DNA of 64,000 nucleotides, taken from assembly GCA_963798845.1 (NCBI GenBank), contig CAWCUS010000005.1, forward strand, positions 32,001 to 96,000, in the 5' to 3' direction. Source of the DNA: an uncultured Gemmatimonadales bacterium. GTDB taxonomy: Bacteria; Gemmatimonadota; Gemmatimonadetes; Longimicrobiales; RSA9. The translations under genes and the position numbers were made by a program. Below the pieces are notes generated by a model. The model saw only the letters and a list, made by a program, of their open reading frames with translations, ran no database searches and was not told the DNA's origin. Positions 39,988 to 50,172 of the stretch are shown in pieces; the stretch's first letter is position 1; the number at the start of each line of letters is the position of its first letter.

Positions 39988-41012
39988 TGCGGGTTCTCGT
40001 CACGGGCGCCGACGGCTTCGTCGGTCAGCACGTGCTCGCCGAGCTGCTCCGTCGCGGGCACGGCGTGGTAGGCGGGATCGCAGGCGAGCGCCCGGCGCCC
40101 GGCACGCTCGGAGAGGACGCCAGGCAGGCTGTCGAATGGGCGCGTTTCGACCTGCGCGACGCCAGCTCCGTGGAGCGGCTGGTGACGGAGTCGGAGCCGG
40201 ACGCGGTCGTCCACCTCGCCGCGGCCTCCTCCGTGTTCAGGAGCTGGCAGGAGCCGGAACATACGTTCGAGGTCAACACCGGCGGAACGCTGAAGCTCCT
40301 GCTGGCCGTGGGCGGCCTCCCGACGCCACTGGTGCGGCGTCCGGTCCTGCTGGTGGGATCCGGTGAGGCCTACGGTCGGTCCGGTACCGAAGCCGACCCG
40401 CTCACCGAGGCGCTCCCGCTTCGCCCGACCAGCCCCTACGCCGCCAGCAAGGCGGCGCAGGAGATGCTGGGCTGGGCGTTCGGCGGCGACCACGCGGTGC
40501 GCATGATACAGACCCGGACCTTCCCGCACCTGGGCCCCGGCCAGGCGGCCACCTTCGTCGCGCCCGACTGGGCCGTGCAGCTCCTGGCCATTGAGCGTGG
40601 GGAGCGACCCGCCACGCTGCGCGTCGGAAACCTGGACGTGGTGCGGGACTTCCTCGATGTTCGCGACGGCGCGGCGGCTTACGCCGACCTCCTGGAGACG
40701 GACACCGCGGCGGGGGTATACAACGTCTGCTCGGGTCGCCCCACGCCGCTGCGAACGCTCCTCGAGGCGCTCGTGCGGGTGGTTGGCGTCCAGGTGACCC
40801 TGGACACGGACCCGGCAAGGCTGCGGCCGGCGGACATCCCGTCGCTGGTGGGTGATCCGACTCGACTGATCGCGGAGACGGGGTGGCGGCCGCATCGCAC
40901 GCTCGACGACACCCTGCGAGACCTCGTCGCCCACCTGCGAGCCGCGCCGGGCGCCCCGGCACAGAGGCGGCCCGGGAGCGAGTCGCGCGAGGGGAGTGAG
41001 GCGCGACCGTGA
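39987..41012 (+). CDS. rmd: GDP-4-keto-6-deoxy-D-mannose reductase-like SDR
   Basis: TGADGFVG, GSGEAYG, SPYAASK, GPGQ, VGNLDVVRDFLDVRD, RLRPAD; adjacent to gmd. Confidence 0.75.
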
Positions 41013-41800
41013 GCCTCGGCGGCAAGATCTCGCTCGCGCTGCGGGCTTCCAGGAACGTGCTGCTCGGCGGAAATCTGGCGTCACTGCCGCTGCTGGGCCG
41101 GCCGCGCGCCCTGCTCCGCTACGCCTCGGAAACGCTCTTCGAGTACCAGCTCGAGCACGGCCGCGGCCTGCCTCGCCGCGCCGTCTACGACGCCTTTCCC
41201 CTTTCCGCCGCGGATGTGCGGCTGGCCCGGCTGGGCGGCTACAACTGGCTCCACAGCGAGACGGCCCCGTTCGCCCATGACCTCCTCGGACTCCTGCTCC
41301 TCTGCCGGGCGCTGGAGCCGCGGATCGTCTTCGAGATCGGGACGTTCGTGGGATACACCTCGCTGCACATGGCGCTGAATTCTCCAGCCGACGCCCGGCT
41401 CTTCACGCTCGATCTGCCACCCGACGACCGAGGAACGAGCCTTCGGACCACGGCCACCGACCACAAGCTCATCGACCGGGAGATCGGCCCTGCGCTCTTC
41501 GAAGGCTCCGAGGTGGCCGACCGGGTAGCTCGGCTTTACGGTGACAGCGCCGCGTTCGACTTTTCGCCGTGGCACGGGAAGGTGGACCTGTTCTTCGTGG
41601 ACGGCGCGCATTCGTACGAATACGTCCGTTCCGATACACGGAACGCGCTGCAGTGCGTGCGGCCGGGCGGGGTCGTGGCGTGGCACGACTATGGCCGGCG
41701 CGAGCAGAGCGGCGTCACACGATTCCTGAACGAGTTCGCCCGGGACCACGAGGTGTACGCGGTCCCCAACGGGTCTTTGGCCTACTACCAGGTGGGATGA
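41009..41800 (+). CDS. Class I SAM-dependent methyltransferase (Methyltransf_24-like)
   Basis: FEIGTFVG, GDS, DLFFVDGAHSY, GGVVAWHDY. Confidence 0.88.
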   Translation: MSLGGKISLALRASRNVLLGGNLASLPLLGRPRALLRYASETLFEYQLEHGRGLPRRAVYDAFPLSAADVRLARLGGYNWLHSETAPFAHDLLGLLLLCRALEPRIVFEIGTFVGYTSLHMALNSPADARLFTLDLPPDDRGTSLRTTATDHKLIDREIGPALFEGSEVADRVARLYGDSAAFDFSPWHGKVDLFFVDGAHSYEYVRSDTRNALQCVRPGGVVAWHDYGRREQSGVTRFLNEFARDHEVYAVPNGSLAYYQVG

Positions 41801-44190
41801 TGGCAGCGAGAGCCGACGCATCGGATCGGGCCCGCGCAGCCGAGCGCGACCGCCCGGACGCGGGATGGCTGACAGCGTGGACCGCGGCCGCGATCTACTT
41901 CGGGCTGTCCGTGATCTACTTCCTGCCGGCGTTCCTGCCCGGCCGGCACATCTTCGGAAGCGACTACCTCGCCGGCGCGTTCTTCGCCCACGACTTCATC
42001 TCGCAGCGCTTCGCCGCCGGCGCGCTGCCGAAATGGGACCCGTTCCTGTACGGAGGCGTTCCCATGTTCGCCAACCCGGGGAGCGCCTTCTATCCGTTCC
42101 GCTTCCTGGCGGACCTGGTCTTCCCCACCAGCCGGATCTTCCCGGCGATGTTCGTCATTCAGTTCACCCTCGCCGGAATCGGCGCCTACGCCCTCGGCGT
42201 CGAGCTCGGCGCACGACGCTGGGTGGCCTTCATCGTCGGCCTCGCCTTCCAGTTCACCGGCCTGGTCATGTCATTCGTCTTCGCCGGCCACGACGGCCGG
42301 ATCATAGTGGCCACGTTCGCGCCGCTCTTCCTGTTCTTCCTGCACAGGGGCGTGCGGACGGGGAGCATCGCCGCGTTCGCGGGCATGGGCGCGGTGCTCG
42401 GGTTTTCGCTCCTGTCGTTCCAGATCCAGAGCAACTACTACCTGCTGCTGGCGGGGGCGGCGTGGGCCGTGTTCGCGCTGGTGCGGGAGCGGCGCCAGAC
42501 GACGGGCAGGGCGCTGGCCGCCCGCGCCGGGATGGGCCTTGCCGCCGTCGCGCTGGCGTTCGGAATGGCCGCGGTGAACTTCCTCCCGTTCGCCGGCTAC
42601 GTGGATGCCTCGCCCCGGGGCGGCCCTGGACGAGGGTACGAGTACGCCACCTCCTGGTCCATGCCACCGTCCGAGATCAGCGGGCTGGCGTTGCCGGAGC
42701 GGGCCGGGATCCTGGAGAACTACCAGGGGGAGAACCCGTTCAAGCTGCACACCGAGTACGTGGGGGCCGTGATCGTGCTGCTCACGCTCGTAGGCGGCTG
42801 GGTCTCCCGGCGCGACCCGGTGTGGTGGTTCTTCCTGGCCCTCGGGATGTTCGCCCTGACCCTCTCGTTCGGCGGCTACACGCCCATCTACCGGGTGTAC
42901 TACGACCTCCTTCCGGGCACGGCCAAGTTCCGGGCGCCGTCCATCGCCTTCTTCCTGGTCTCCACGGCGCTCGTGGCCATGGCCGGGCTTACGCTCGAGC
43001 GGTTGGCGGCGCTGCGCGAGGGGAGCCGCCGCGATCCCGAGGGCGCGCTGGATGCCGTCCCCTGGATCCTCGTCGGGGCTTCCGTGGTCGCCCTCGTGAT
43101 CCTCCTCGCGGCGGCGGGCGGCAGCGCCGGCGATGCCCGGGCGGCGGCGCTCGCCGGCGGCGCGTTCCGCCTGGCCATCGTGACCTGGCTCGCGTCCGGC
43201 GTACTCTGGCTCTGGCTGCGCGGGTCCGTCCCTTCCGGGGTTGTGGCGGCGACGCTGGCGGTGCTGGTGGTGGTGGACCTGTGGGTCGTGGACCGGCACT
43301 TCTTCGAGACGGTGGAGCCACCGTCCGCCATGTTCGCCGCCGACGGCGTGGTGCACGCGCTGAAGGGCCAGCCCGGTCCATTCCGGGTGTGGGCGCTCCC
43401 GATCAGCGTCGGGAACGCGCCGCCATACCGCAACAACACGAACTACCTCATGTATCACGGCCTGGAGCAGGCTGGCGGGGAGCACGGCAACCAGCTCCAG
43501 CGCTACAACGAGTTCGTGGGCGCCGGGCAAACCAGCTACGTGGACTGGCACAACTTTCTGGGTGACCTCCAGCGCCTCATCCAGGCACCGGCGGGCCCAT
43601 CCGCCGCGCGCGCCAGCTACCTCCGCGCGGCCAACGTGCGGTACATCGTGAGCACGGCCGGGATACCGGGCCTGCCCGAGGTGTATCGCGGTCCCGAGGG
43701 CGCGGTGTACGAGGTGCCGGGCGCGCTGCCACGGGCCTGGCTCGTCGGGCGCGTCGTCGTCGCGTCGGAGGGCCACGAGGCCCTGGGCTTCTTCGACGAC
43801 TCGACCTTCGACCCGGCCAGGACCGCGGTACTGACCGAGCCTCTCGACCCGGCGCTTCCGGACTCACCGCTGCGCGGCGACGCCCGGGTGGCGGAGCACG
43901 CTCCCGACCGCGTCCGCATCGCGACGAACGCCAACCGCACGGCTCTCCTCGTGCTGGCGGACAACTACTACCCGGGATGGCGCGCCACGGTGGATGGCAG
44001 CGACACGCCAGTGCACCTGGTGAATGAGACATTCCGCGGCGTTGTCGTGCCCGCCGGGCGGCACGAGGTCACTTTCGTCTTCCACCCTTCTCCGCTGTAC
44101 ACGGGAGTGGTTGTCACGCTCGTCTCGGCGCTCGTCCTCCTCCTCGCCGCGGCCGTGCCGGCACTCCTTCGTCGACGGGCCGCCGCCTGA
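41797..44190 (+). CDS. YfhO-family (GT-C-like) polytopic membrane protein
   Basis: WDPFLYGGVP, KFRAP, C-terminal LVLADNYYPGWRATVDG...FRGVVVPAGRHEVTF plus TM. Confidence 0.88.
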   Translation: MMAARADASDRARAAERDRPDAGWLTAWTAAAIYFGLSVIYFLPAFLPGRHIFGSDYLAGAFFAHDFISQRFAAGALPKWDPFLYGGVPMFANPGSAFYPFRFLADLVFPTSRIFPAMFVIQFTLAGIGAYALGVELGARRWVAFIVGLAFQFTGLVMSFVFAGHDGRIIVATFAPLFLFFLHRGVRTGSIAAFAGMGAVLGFSLLSFQIQSNYYLLLAGAAWAVFALVRERRQTTGRALAARAGMGLAAVALAFGMAAVNFLPFAGYVDASPRGGPGRGYEYATSWSMPPSEISGLALPERAGILENYQGENPFKLHTEYVGAVIVLLTLVGGWVSRRDPVWWFFLALGMFALTLSFGGYTPIYRVYYDLLPGTAKFRAPSIAFFLVSTALVAMAGLTLERLAALREGSRRDPEGALDAVPWILVGASVVALVILLAAAGGSAGDARAAALAGGAFRLAIVTWLASGVLWLWLRGSVPSGVVAATLAVLVVVDLWVVDRHFFETVEPPSAMFAADGVVHALKGQPGPFRVWALPISVGNAPPYRNNTNYLMYHGLEQAGGEHGNQLQRYNEFVGAGQTSYVDWHNFLGDLQRLIQAPAGPSAARASYLRAANVRYIVSTAGIPGLPEVYRGPEGAVYEVPGALPRAWLVGRVVVASEGHEALGFFDDSTFDPARTAVLTEPLDPALPDSPLRGDARVAEHAPDRVRIATNANRTALLVLADNYYPGWRATVDGSDTPVHLVNETFRGVVVPAGRHEVTFVFHPSPLYTGVVVTLVSALVLLLAAAVPALLRRRAAA

Positions 44191-44204
44191 GCGCCGGGGC
44201 TCGC

Positions 44205-45143
44205 GTGTCCGACCACCGCCGAGGGCTGCTGCGCCGCGTCTTCACGGCGGCGCTGGTCGCCGCGACGCTCGTGTTCCTGGGCCTCGCCATCGGCCGGAAC
44301 TGGAGCCACATCGCCAGCTTCGACTGGCACGTCCGGCCCCTGGAGCTGGTCGCGAGCGTGCTCGTTCTCCTGACCGCCCTGGTCTGGGGGATCCTTGTCT
44401 GGCACCGGGTGATCGCGCGCTTCGATGCCGAGACCCCATCCTTCCGGACCATCGTCTGGATCTGGTTCCTGTCCAATCTCGCCCGCTACGTACCGGGCAA
44501 GATCTGGCAGTTCGTCGGGGTGGTCCAGCTCGGGCGACGGGCCGGGCTCGCCGCGCCCGTCCTCCTCACCTCCCTCGTCATTCAGACCGGCATAACACTG
44601 GTGTCCGCGGCGCTGGTCTCGCTCCTGGCGCTCCCCGTCATGGCGCGCGGCCTCGGCGCCCTGGGCGACGCCGCTGTGGTGGCCGCGGCCGTGCTCGGCC
44701 TCGCGGCCGTCCATCCGGCCGTGCTGAACTTCGGGTTGCGGATGGTGCCCCGACGCCTCGCCTCCGTGGAGCTGGCGTGGACCGGATCATGGCTGGACGG
44801 GATCGTGCTCCTCGGCCTCGGCTCCGTCGCCTGGCTGATCTACGGAGCTGCGTTCGTGCTGCTGGCCGACTCACTGGTCGGCATCCCGCTCGCCCTCGCC
44901 CCGTCCCTCGTTGCCGCGAACGCCCTGGCCTTCCTCATCGGATACATGGTCTTCATCGCCCCCGGGGGGCTCGGCGCCCGCGAAGCCGCCCTCACGCTCA
45001 TGCTCGGACCCCTCGCCTCCATCGGCGTCGCCGCCGTCATCGCCGTCGCGTTCCGCCTCTGGCTGATCGTCGCCGAGCTGCTCGGCGCCGGCATCGCCGC
45101 GGCCATCGCCCGTCCGCCGGCGAGCGAACTCAACGAATCGTGA
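44205..45143 (+). CDS. Lysylphosphatidylglycerol synthase TM / UPF0104 flippase-like protein
   Basis: SNLARYVPGK, APGGLGARE; multiple TM helices. Confidence 0.85.
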   Translation: MSDHRRGLLRRVFTAALVAATLVFLGLAIGRNWSHIASFDWHVRPLELVASVLVLLTALVWGILVWHRVIARFDAETPSFRTIVWIWFLSNLARYVPGKIWQFVGVVQLGRRAGLAAPVLLTSLVIQTGITLVSAALVSLLALPVMARGLGALGDAAVVAAAVLGLAAVHPAVLNFGLRMVPRRLASVELAWTGSWLDGIVLLGLGSVAWLIYGAAFVLLADSLVGIPLALAPSLVAANALAFLIGYMVFIAPGGLGAREAALTLMLGPLASIGVAAVIAVAFRLWLIVAELLGAGIAAAIARPPASELNES

Positions 45144-46176
45144 GCTGCGACGCGGGCAGCCGGTAACGCTTCATCAGCGCTAGCGCGTCCGCCGGGCGCG
45201 CAGACGACCGCCGCCAGAAGTCGCGCCGCGACCGGAGCGTGGCCGGGAGCCGAGCCACGGCCGCCAGCCAGGCCCTGAGGATGGTGCCCACGATCACGCC
45301 CTTCGATGGCATTCCCGACGTCGCCTCCGGCGTCGAGGGGGCCGCTCCGGGGCCTCCGGGCCCGGGGCCGGTCCTGGCCAGCCCGCGCGCCAGCCGCACG
45401 TAGCGCACGGCGCTGTGCCACAGCGACACCGGCCAGTACCACGCAGGCAGCAGCTTGAAGACCGTGGTGAGCCGATTGCGCTCGCCGTAGTACAGCTTCA
45501 GCGGTGAATATCGGCGCGTGGACAGCGATCGCTGATGGTAGACCACCGCGCCGCCCTCCGCCGGCACCGTACGATGTCCCAGCAGCGCAAACCGCAGGAA
45601 GAAGTCGGTCTCCTCGAAGAAGAGGAAGTAGCTCTCGTCGAACCGGATTCCCTCCAGCGCCGGCCGCCGGAAGCACATCACCGCGCCGTACGCAGCGAAC
45701 GCCGCACGGCTCCTCTCCCCGACGTCCTCGGGGCGGTATGCTTCCCCGGATCCCTCGTTCTGCGCGTGCAGGTCGTCGTAGAACCGGATGCCCAGCGAGT
45801 TCAGGACCGGCGGATCGCTCATCTCCAGCACCACACTGGACACGGCGTCCGCGCCGGGCTCCGCGGCCAGCGCCGCTTCCACGGCCTTCGACCACCCGCG
45901 CGTGAAGCGAAGGTCCATGTTGCACAGCACCACCACCTCCGCGTCCATCCGGTCGAGGAGCCGGTTCAACGCTCCCGCGTATCCCAGGTTCCTTTCCGAC
46001 CGCACCACCGTCGCCGCCGGGCAGCTCGCCTCGACGGCGTCCGCCGACCCGTCCTCGGACGCGTTGTCGAACACCCACGCCCGCGCCTCCACACCTTCCT
46101 GCTCGAGGATCGATTCCACACACTCCAGCACCCGCGGCCCGCCGTTGTAGTTGACGACGCCGAAGTCCACCCTCAT
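45130..46176 (-). CDS. Glycosyltransferase family 2 (rhamnosyltransferase-like)
   Basis: VVNYN, DNASEDGS, NLGYAGALN, FDESYFLFFEETD, RNR. Confidence 0.9.
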   Translation of the reverse strand: MRVDFGVVNYNGGPRVLECVESILEQEGVEARAWVFDNASEDGSADAVEASCPAATVVRSERNLGYAGALNRLLDRMDAEVVVLCNMDLRFTRGWSKAVEAALAAEPGADAVSSVVLEMSDPPVLNSLGIRFYDDLHAQNEGSGEAYRPEDVGERSRAAFAAYGAVMCFRRPALEGIRFDESYFLFFEETDFFLRFALLGHRTVPAEGGAVVYHQRSLSTRRYSPLKLYYGERNRLTTVFKLLPAWYWPVSLWHSAVRYVRLARGLARTGPGPGGPGAAPSTPEATSGMPSKGVIVGTILRAWLAAVARLPATLRSRRDFWRRSSARPADALALMKRYRLPASQLTIR

Positions 46177-46342
46177 GGCCGAGCCCGCTCCCTGGCCCTC
46201 CCCGCATCCGGTACCTTCCGCGGGCCGGTTCGGCAGACAAACAACATCAGGTGTTTAATGATAGGTTGTTTAGTTTCAATAACATACGACATACCGCAAT
46301 CGAGCGTCGCTCGGGAGTGTCGGTTGCCCGGCCGGCACGGCA

Positions 46343-47359
46343 TCACCCTGCCGGGGGCGCCGGCGGGAGCGGAGCGTCGCGCGTGTCGGTTCCGCGTCGG
46401 ATGGCTTCGATCTCGGCGCGCTGCTGGGCGATCATCTCGGCGATGAGGCCGAACCCGAACAGGAGGAAGCCGAGGGTCTCGAGGAGTATGACGAGGTAAA
46501 GGAGCGGTCGGAAACCGAAGGGCGGCATGGCGTGGGCGACGCGGAGCGCGATGGTGACGATGCCGACGAGGATTCCGAGCCCGGCCATGACCAGGCCGCT
46601 GAGGCCGAAGAACAGCATCGGCTTGCGGGAAAAGAAGAGCACGAACGCGACGGACACCAGGTCGAGCAGGCCGACCACGATGCGGCCGCGGCCGGAGTAC
46701 TTGGCCTCACCGTGGCGGCGGGGGTGGAGCGGGATGTCGATCTCGGTGACTGTGAAGCCGCGGTCGTAGGCCATGACGACGAAGAAGCGGTGCCAATCGT
46801 GGCGGAGCGGAACTTCGGCCAGGATGGTCCGGCGGAACCCCTTCATGCTGTTGAGATCGGAGACCGGGACCTTGAAGAGGAGGCGGCTCATCCGGTTGTA
46901 CGTGCTGGACACCGCCCGCTTCTCGTAGGGCCCGACCTTTCGGCCGGTCACGATGTCCCAGCCCTCGGCGAGCTTGTCCAGGTAGCGGGGGATCTCCTCG
47001 GTGTCGTGCTGGAGGTCGGCGTCGAAGAGGACGATCCATTCCGCGTCCGTCGCGCCGGCGCCGGTGACCAGGGCCTCGGTCTTCCCGAAATTGCGCCGGT
47101 GGCGGACGACCTTCAGGCGGTCCCACCCGTCCGCTTCCTCCCTCGCGCGGGCCGCCGTGCCATCGACCGAGCCGTCGTCGACGAGGATGACCTCGCCCGA
47201 GAGCCCGTGCTTCTCCCAGGTCGCGCGCAGCTCGTGCACGAGGTCGGGGATGTTGTCCGCCTCGTTGAACGCTGGCACAACGACGGCGAAGCGGCGCCTC
47301 ACCTCGTCGGGCGAGACCGCTCGCTCTTCCACGCGGGTCCCCGGGGTGTCCTGTCTCAT
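46343..47359 (-). CDS. GT2 polyprenyl-phosphate glycosyltransferase (ArnC/GtrB-like)
   Basis: VVPAFNE, VDDGSVDGT, RNFGK, DADLQ, HRF, two C-terminal TM helices. Confidence 0.9.
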   Translation of the reverse strand: MRQDTPGTRVEERAVSPDEVRRRFAVVVPAFNEADNIPDLVHELRATWEKHGLSGEVILVDDGSVDGTAARAREEADGWDRLKVVRHRRNFGKTEALVTGAGATDAEWIVLFDADLQHDTEEIPRYLDKLAEGWDIVTGRKVGPYEKRAVSSTYNRMSRLLFKVPVSDLNSMKGFRRTILAEVPLRHDWHRFFVVMAYDRGFTVTEIDIPLHPRRHGEAKYSGRGRIVVGLLDLVSVAFVLFFSRKPMLFFGLSGLVMAGLGILVGIVTIALRVAHAMPPFGFRPLLYLVILLETLGFLLFGFGLIAEMIAQQRAEIEAIRRGTDTRDAPLPPAPPAG

Positions 47360-47509
47360 GGGGCAGGAGTATGGGAGATCGGCAGGGGAAGCGCTACCGT
47401 GGCAGCGAGGCGCGCGACCGTGCGGAAAAGGAGAGCTGCGTATCACCCGGAGAGGCGAAGGGCGCGCCGTGCCGCAGCGTGGATGGGTCCCGGGGCGACC
47501 GGTCTCCCG

Positions 47510-48955
47510 TTATACGCGCTTCCGCATCCGTGCGGAGAGGATGCCGAGCTGGTCCCGGTACTTGGCCACCGTGCGGCGCGCGATCTGGATCCCTTCCTCC
47601 TTCAGGAGGTTCACGATGGCCTGGTCGGTGAGAGGCTTCTTGGGATTCTCCTCCTCGACCAGCTTCTCGATCTTCGCCTTGATCCCGCGGGCGCTGACGT
47701 CCTCGCCCGAGTCGGTGGACAGCCCGCTCGAGAAGAAGAACTTGAGCGGAAGCACGCCCCGGGGCGTCTGCACGTATTTCTCGTTGGTCACGCGCGAGAC
47801 CGTGGACTCGTGCATGTCGATGACCTCGGCCACCTCGCGGAGCGTGAGCGGCTTGAGGAACTGGACCCCGCGCTCGAAGAACTCCCGCTGCCGGTCCACG
47901 ATGAAGTTCATCACCTTCAGCATGGTCTGGCGCCGCTGCTCGATGGCCTGGATCATCCAGTTGGCGCTGTTCAGCTTGTTGGAGATGAACTCCTTGTTCT
48001 CCCCCTTGAACTTGCTCTTGTCCTTCGCGATTTCGCGGTAGGTCCGGGACAGCTTCAGCCGCGGCAGGCTCGTGTCGTTCAGGAACACGTGGTACTCGCC
48101 GTCGATCTTCTCGACGATCAGGTCGGGCGTGATGTAGTTGTCCGCCGGAGCCGCGTGCTTGAGCCCCGGCTTCGGATCCAGCTTCGCGATCTCGTCCGCT
48201 GCCGTCTGCACCTCGCGCGGCGTGATGGAGAGCTCCTTCGAGATCTCCGACCAGCGGTGGTTGATCAGCTGCTCGAAGTAGTCGCGGACGATGGTGTAGG
48301 TGCGCGAGTCTTCCTGCTCCAGGTCCCGGAGCTGGAGCAGGATGCACTCGCGCAGGTTGCGCGCGCCGATCCCGGGCGGGTCGAAGCGCTGGATCTTCTC
48401 CAGCATCTCCTCCGCCTCGATGAGCGAGTACGGCTGCACGTCCTCGCCCTCCTCCGCCCAGGCGTCGCCGTTCTCTTCCAGCCACTCGTTCAGGGCGGTC
48501 ACCACCTCGTCGAGGGAGCAGGCCAGGTAGCCCTCCTCGTCGACGTTGCCCACGATCTCCTCCCCGAGCAGCACCTCCCGGGGGGAGAAGCGCATCAGCT
48601 TCAGCTGGTCGAGGAGGTGGTCGGAGAGGTCCCGCGTCTCCACCCGGACCGGTTCGTAGTACTCCTTCTGCTCGTATTCCTGCTTGCGACCGCCGGCGTC
48701 GAAGCCGTCCAGGAGGATCTCCTCCCAGTCGATCTCGTCCTCCTTCTCCTTCTCCTCCTCGGCGTTGAGCTCCTCGGGCTCGACGAGCGGGTCCTCGAGG
48801 TCGAGGAACGGGTTGTTCAGCATCTCCTGCTTGATGTGCTGCTGGAGGTCCATCAGGGGCATGTAGAGCAGGTCCATCGCCTGGTACAGGCGAGGGTTGA
48901 TCTTCATCTCCTGCTTCAGCTGGGTGCCCTGATAGAGGCCGGTTCTTATGCTCAT
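47510..48955 (-). CDS. rpoN: RNA polymerase sigma-54 factor
   Basis: [27 protein letters not shown], RpoN box ARRTVAKYR. Confidence 0.98.
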   Translation of the reverse strand: MSIRTGLYQGTQLKQEMKINPRLYQAMDLLYMPLMDLQQHIKQEMLNNPFLDLEDPLVEPEELNAEEEKEKEDEIDWEEILLDGFDAGGRKQEYEQKEYYEPVRVETRDLSDHLLDQLKLMRFSPREVLLGEEIVGNVDEEGYLACSLDEVVTALNEWLEENGDAWAEEGEDVQPYSLIEAEEMLEKIQRFDPPGIGARNLRECILLQLRDLEQEDSRTYTIVRDYFEQLINHRWSEISKELSITPREVQTAADEIAKLDPKPGLKHAAPADNYITPDLIVEKIDGEYHVFLNDTSLPRLKLSRTYREIAKDKSKFKGENKEFISNKLNSANWMIQAIEQRRQTMLKVMNFIVDRQREFFERGVQFLKPLTLREVAEVIDMHESTVSRVTNEKYVQTPRGVLPLKFFFSSGLSTDSGEDVSARGIKAKIEKLVEEENPKKPLTDQAIVNLLKEEGIQIARRTVAKYRDQLGILSARMRKRV

Positions 48956-50172
48956 ACGGTGTCAGGCTTCAGATATCGTTCGCGCATCCGTTCGGTCAGC
49001 GTCGGACCGAAGTAGATCTCTGCCACGTCGTCGTTCCAGACCAGCTCCCCCACCGTGCCGGAGACGCGAACGCGTCCATCGTACATGATATAGGCGCGGT
49101 CGACGATCTCCAATGTCTGCTCCACGTTGTGATCGCTGATGATCACGCCGATCCCCCGGTGGCGCAGGTCGCCCACGATCTGCTGGATGTCGTGAACCGC
49201 GATGGGGTCGACGCCGGCGAACGGCTCATCGAGGAGCATGAACTTCGGCTCGCTGACGAGCGCCCGGGTGATCTCGAGGCGCCGTCGCTCGCCACCGGAA
49301 AGGGAGTACGCCTTCGCTTTCCGGAGCGGCTTGAGGCCGAGCTCATCGAGGAGCCGTTCGAGCCGTTGTCGCCGCTCTGCGCGAGGAAGCTCCATTGTCT
49401 CCAGGATCGCCATGATATTGTCTTCAACCGTCAGCTTCCTGAAGATCGAGGGCTCCTGGGCCAGGTACCCGATCCCGGCCCGGGCTCGCTTGTACATTGG
49501 CGTTTCGGTCAACTCCCTGTCATCGAGGAACACGCGCCCTCGATCGGGGCGGATCAGGCCGACCACCATGTAGAAGGTGGTGGTCTTCCCTGCTCCGTTC
49601 GGCCCCAGCAGCCCGACGATCTCCCCCTGAGAGACCTCCACGCTTACTTCGTTTACGGCCTTTCGCTTGCGGTAGATCTTGACCAGCGACTCCGATCTCA
49701 GCGTGCTGCTGCCGCGCGCAGCGGCTTCCGGATTCGGCCCGCCGCCTTCCGCCGGGTAACCCTCGTGGTCTAACAAGTTTCGTACCGCACCATCGAGCCG
49801 CTCGAGGAGCGCCTGGCGCTGTGGACCGATGCGGCTCCAGAGCTCCGGGTCGACGCGCACGCGCTGCCAGTCGTCCATGGCGGGAACAGGGTTGGCGAGC
49901 CCGTGCTCGACGGCGCGGCTGAGGACGTGATCGCGGAGGTAGCGGGCCAGCTGCTCGGAGGAGTCGCCAGCATCGGCGAGGCCCGGACGAATCACGGCCT
50001 GGTCGGGGGTGAGGCGGGCGAAGGCCATGCGCACCGCCGTCACCCACTCGCTCCGGTCTATGGAGCCATCGGCGTCGGCGTTTCGGAGGAGCTCCAGGAG
50101 TGCCAGCGCCACCGAGCCGTCACGCCTCGACAGCGTTCCGATGAACTCGTTCAGCTGCGTCTCGGTCGTCAT
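48952..50172 (-). CDS. lptB: LPS export ABC ATPase LptB with ~150-aa N-terminal extension
   Basis: [40 protein letters not shown]; the ATG overlaps the upstream stop and has an RBS. Confidence 0.93.
   Translation of the reverse strand: MTTETQLNEFIGTLSRRDGSVALALLELLRNADADGSIDRSEWVTAVRMAFARLTPDQAVIRPGLADAGDSSEQLARYLRDHVLSRAVEHGLANPVPAMDDWQRVRVDPELWSRIGPQRQALLERLDGAVRNLLDHEGYPAEGGGPNPEAAARGSSTLRSESLVKIYRKRKAVNEVSVEVSQGEIVGLLGPNGAGKTTTFYMVVGLIRPDRGRVFLDDRELTETPMYKRARAGIGYLAQEPSIFRKLTVEDNIMAILETMELPRAERRQRLERLLDELGLKPLRKAKAYSLSGGERRRLEITRALVSEPKFMLLDEPFAGVDPIAVHDIQQIVGDLRHRGIGVIISDHNVEQTLEIVDRAYIMYDGRVRVSGTVGELVWNDDVAEIYFGPTLTERMRERYLKPDTV

Noticed and set aside
46239..46271. Hairpin as an integron attC site or a second dif
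   Set aside because: It lacks the RYYYAAC/GTTRRRY boxes and the 11-6-11 Xer arms, and no integron integrase is present.
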